DNA of 64,000 nucleotides, from assembly GCA_963701855.1 (NCBI GenBank), contig CAVPBK010000006.1, positions 800,001 through 864,000 on the forward strand, given 5' to 3'. Of this stretch, positions 61,515 through 64,000 are shown piece by piece; position 1 is the first letter of the stretch; every line of letters begins with the position of its first letter. Made by a program: the position numbers and the translations under genes. Origin of the DNA: Nitrospirota bacterium (GTDB lineage Bacteria; Nitrospirota; Nitrospiria; Nitrospirales; Nitrospiraceae). The notes beneath the pieces were generated by a model. The model ran no database searches, had not been told where the DNA came from, and was given only the letters and a program-made list of their open reading frames with translations.

Positions 61515-61808
61515 GGTTCTGCATAAGATCCCCGTCGTCGTGCGACGCTGGATAAGACCCGTACGATATTCGGGCAGAATCAGAGCATAAGTCCAAGATC
61601 GTTCTCAGGGATTTGTCTTTGCCTCCTTTGCCCATGGGGTCTTATGCGGTTCCGTATAAGACCCTCTGACTTCGAAAGCGTCAGGGGGAGGGAATGGGTG
61701 GGGGTCTGTGTTAACTCTAGAACAGAGCCCTGCCTCGAACGCCTACTTGATATAAGCCACTGCCGAACAGAGATGGCTACGCTGTACAGAGGGAAATCCC
61801 CCGCCCCG

Positions 61809-62042
61809 TTACAGGGTTCGGGCGCAGAACACTTCGTCTTGGCGGAGGGCTTCGAGGGCGGAGGCGGGCACGCTGGTGACGGCAATCGTCTCGCCCAGTG
61901 CGTTGAAGACTTCGATGGAGTACCCCTCTGTGCCATCAGGGGCTATGTGATGGTCTACGAGTTTCACGATGTCGCCACGACGGAGACGATGCTCTGGCAC
62001 TTCACACTTCAGCGCCACATCCGTGTACAACTCAAACTTCAT
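61809..62042 (-). CDS. DUF4926-like small protein (putative antitoxin/immunity)
   Basis: MKFELYTDVALK..PEHRLRRGDI....D...GYSIEVFNALGETIAV; ATGA overlap with the upstream gene. Confidence 0.7.
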   Translation of the reverse strand: MKFELYTDVALKCEVPEHRLRRGDIVKLVDHHIAPDGTEGYSIEVFNALGETIAVTSVPASALEALRQDEVFCARTL

Positions 62043-62374
62043 TCGGTCCTCCGCTTGTCTGGAATCAGTGTAACGAACTTCGTGACGCCCGACAAGTGTT
62101 CTGTCATCCAGATGGTGCGAACGGGCAGTGCCACGCCGTTTGAGCCGGTCAGCGTGCCTCGGACTTCATAGTACTGGCCGAATGTGTTTGACTCCAGTCG
62201 TTGTGCCTCCAAAGGCAGGATTTGGGCGCGCAAGTCCCGCAGTAGGTGCCCTGCGTTTTCCCGCTCATATCCTGCTTGTGCCAAAAAAGCCGATTTGTCT
62301 CCGCGCGTTTGCGGCAACAACAAGTACCGCGTCAGTTTGTCTTCCGCGATGGTGGTATCCGGGGGCAGCCTCAT
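62039..62374 (-). CDS. DUF6883-like protein (putative toxin)
   Basis: KLTRYLL...DKSAFL...FGQYYEVRG.L.G.NG....VRTIW...FVTLIP. Confidence 0.7.
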   Translation of the reverse strand: MRLPPDTTIAEDKLTRYLLLPQTRGDKSAFLAQAGYERENAGHLLRDLRAQILPLEAQRLESNTFGQYYEVRGTLTGSNGVALPVRTIWMTEHLSGVTKFVTLIPDKRRTE

Positions 62375-62519
62375 ACGTCCTCACCCGCGCAGTATGTCAA
62401 CAGTCCTATGCACAGTCAGCACTGTTGCCACCACCTCTTTCTTGCCCTTCAAGCCCGGCACCGTAGCTTTGTACTCGCACGTGATCATCGTGGGAGACCT
62501 ATCCTATTTACCTACCTGA

Positions 62520-62594
62520 GAGAGTGCAAGGTTCAGCCAATGGCCCACCTGTAAAGAGTTCGATTCACTCGCAGGAATCCAGCACGGCCTTTAT
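62520..62594 (-). pseudogene. VapC/PIN toxin remnant
   Basis: (ATA)KAVLDSCE*IELFTGGPLA resembles the VapC N-terminus MKxxxDSSGWIEFF..GP; start codon lost, internal stop, remainder deleted. Confidence 0.6.
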
Positions 62595-62800
62595 GATCGG
62601 TCTTTCTTCTCCCGCAGATCCGTCCTGGACATCCCCTTGAGCGCTCCCTTGAGTGACTTGAGGGGAACTTCCGGCACCAGGGTGATGACACCACCTTTCT
62701 CCACGACGTGAAGATGCTGTCTCGGCCTGAGGTGCAGTTTTTCCCGCACTTCCTTGGGAATTACAATTTGGAACTTCGGTGAGATCGTCGTCGTGGCCAT
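62591..62800 (-). CDS. AbrB/MazE-family antitoxin
   Basis: MATTTISPKFQIVIPKEVREKLHL; AAGGAG RBS before ATG 62800. Confidence 0.85.
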   Translation of the reverse strand: MATTTISPKFQIVIPKEVREKLHLRPRQHLHVVEKGGVITLVPEVPLKSLKGALKGMSRTDLREKKDRS

Positions 62801-63127
62801 GGCAGGACTCCTTACCAATTCGTGGGCGATCATTGTTTTGTCATATGTTGCGAGTCAAGGCAAACGATGCTCCTGCGCCGCCTCACAAAATGAACGATCC
62901 CTTACTCAAAGAGGGCTACTTGTCCTTTACTATCCCAAGCTGTCCTCAACTGCCTAATTCCATTCTCCCCCTCTTTGCTCTACGCTCATGATCATGTCGA
63001 GAGTTCAGGCCTGTTCACACGAGCGCGACGGCATGACTACCCCAGCGCACATCAGCGTACATCTGCCTAATTCCCAGGGCAGAATCTCCGACGTAGGGTG
63101 GGAGAACGTTTGAACCAAGGAGGGCCT

Positions 63128-63409
63128 ATGAAGACATCGGATTTGTCGATCAAAGAACTCGCCGCCTTCATTCGCGTGAGTACGGACACCATCCGGCGAG
63201 CGGTTCGCAACGGCGAGATTCCGTCGACAAGGGTCAGGACCGCGTTACGGTTTGATCTGCAGGAAGTCAGCACCTATATGCAGCGGAACGCAGAGGCCAG
63301 GTTTGGGGCACGCTCGACTCGCGCGCGGGGCGGCACTGCCGGCCGCGCGCAGGCTGATCAGCCCCCTGCTGGTAAAACGGGGGCGCAATTTCCAGGCAAC
63401 GGATCATGA
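63128..63409 (+). CDS. Excisionase-like HTH protein
   Basis: LSIKELAAFIRVSTDTIRRAVRNGEIPS.RV....RFD; AGGAGG RBS. Confidence 0.8.
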   Translation: MKTSDLSIKELAAFIRVSTDTIRRAVRNGEIPSTRVRTALRFDLQEVSTYMQRNAEARFGARSTRARGGTAGRAQADQPPAGKTGAQFPGNGS

Positions 63410-63855
63410 TTATTTCCAACCGATTAGACAGCAACCCTGTTCCTCAGAGAGTACTCGCATCAGGACATGAGACCTCCGTAGAACTGCGCCAGCAAGTCTG
63501 TCATCGGTGTGGAAAGGTCTGGTGGCCTCGTCGCCCCAAAAAACCAGCCCGATGTCCCGGTTGCAAAAGTCCCTACTGGGATAGGCCCCGCCGCCTAAAA
63601 CACCCCATCATGCCCTTGAACGGACCCGTGAGCCAAGGAGCACTGGCGAAGTCTTTACGTCGGAAAATGGCAAGGACCCTTGGGGGAGGGCACGAGCACG
63701 GGAAAGATGCCGAGGACCGCTCCTTGGCAACAGCACTTCACGTGCTCAAGGAGATGAAAGCAGCCGGAAAGACCTGGCAGGAGATGGGAGAACGCATGGA
63801 ACGGGAATTCGGCGCGAGCCTGGAGAAGGATCAACTGAAAGCGCTCGTCCGATAA
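63406..63855 (+). CDS. Zinc-finger hypothetical protein of the mobile element
   Basis: CHRC...W...P..CPGCKSPYWD; ATGA overlap with the xis-like gene. Confidence 0.65.
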   Translation: MIISNRLDSNPVPQRVLASGHETSVELRQQVCHRCGKVWWPRRPKKPARCPGCKSPYWDRPRRLKHPIMPLNGPVSQGALAKSLRRKMARTLGGGHEHGKDAEDRSLATALHVLKEMKAAGKTWQEMGERMEREFGASLEKDQLKALVR

Positions 63856-64000
63856 GCACTCAATTCCCTGCCCCCCACCACCTCCGGGGCAGGGATCAAT
63901 CCGAGTCGCGGGGCGGTGCACATCGCAGCGGGCGGGCCTGGAAGGTGGCAGGAAGGCTGGCCCGATGCTCTGTCGCGCCGCGCTGCCACTAAAGAGACGC

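Noticed and set aside
61499..61526. XerCD dif/pdif site
   Set aside because: TTAT/ATAA orientation and the 10-bp spacing do not fit the 11-6-11 dif consensus.

Overview
This window looks like part of a Nitrospira-type (Nitrospirota) chromosome. That assignment is an inference from the 2M-type complex I operon, the repeat families and the gene content. 1-10.5 kb: a two-partner secretion pair, TpsB plus a giant repeat-rich TpsA that is frameshifted at ~699 and runs off the left edge. 10.9-43.2 kb: mostly core genes. These are pyrE, rhodanese, a CHASE3 kinase/receiver/hybrid kinase triplet, a nuoABCD-G-IJKL-M-M-N operon lacking nuoE/F/H, an OmpA/MotB protein, a PriA with degenerate ATPase motifs, a pseudouridine synthase and a polyamine cluster (DHS-like, ALDH, pdaD, speB), with two inverted MITE-like repeats around pdaD-speB. 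43.6-59.7 kb: accessory DNA, comprising a decayed IS3 whose inferred substitutions are overwhelmingly A:T->C:G, orphan receivers with duplicated operators, a 2636-aa RTX protein with two integrin-alpha-like propellers, an M23 peptidase and recombinase remnants. 59.7-64 kb: one end of an element bounded by a tRNA(Glu)-like 3' att fragment. It carries an attI-like site followed by three complete integron cassettes but no adjacent intI, plus TA-like genes and an excisionase-like gene. The strongest novelty candidates are the integrase-less attI/attC cassette array inside a tRNA-integrated element and the transversion signature in the IS3. Family assignments come from motif recognition only; no database searches were run.
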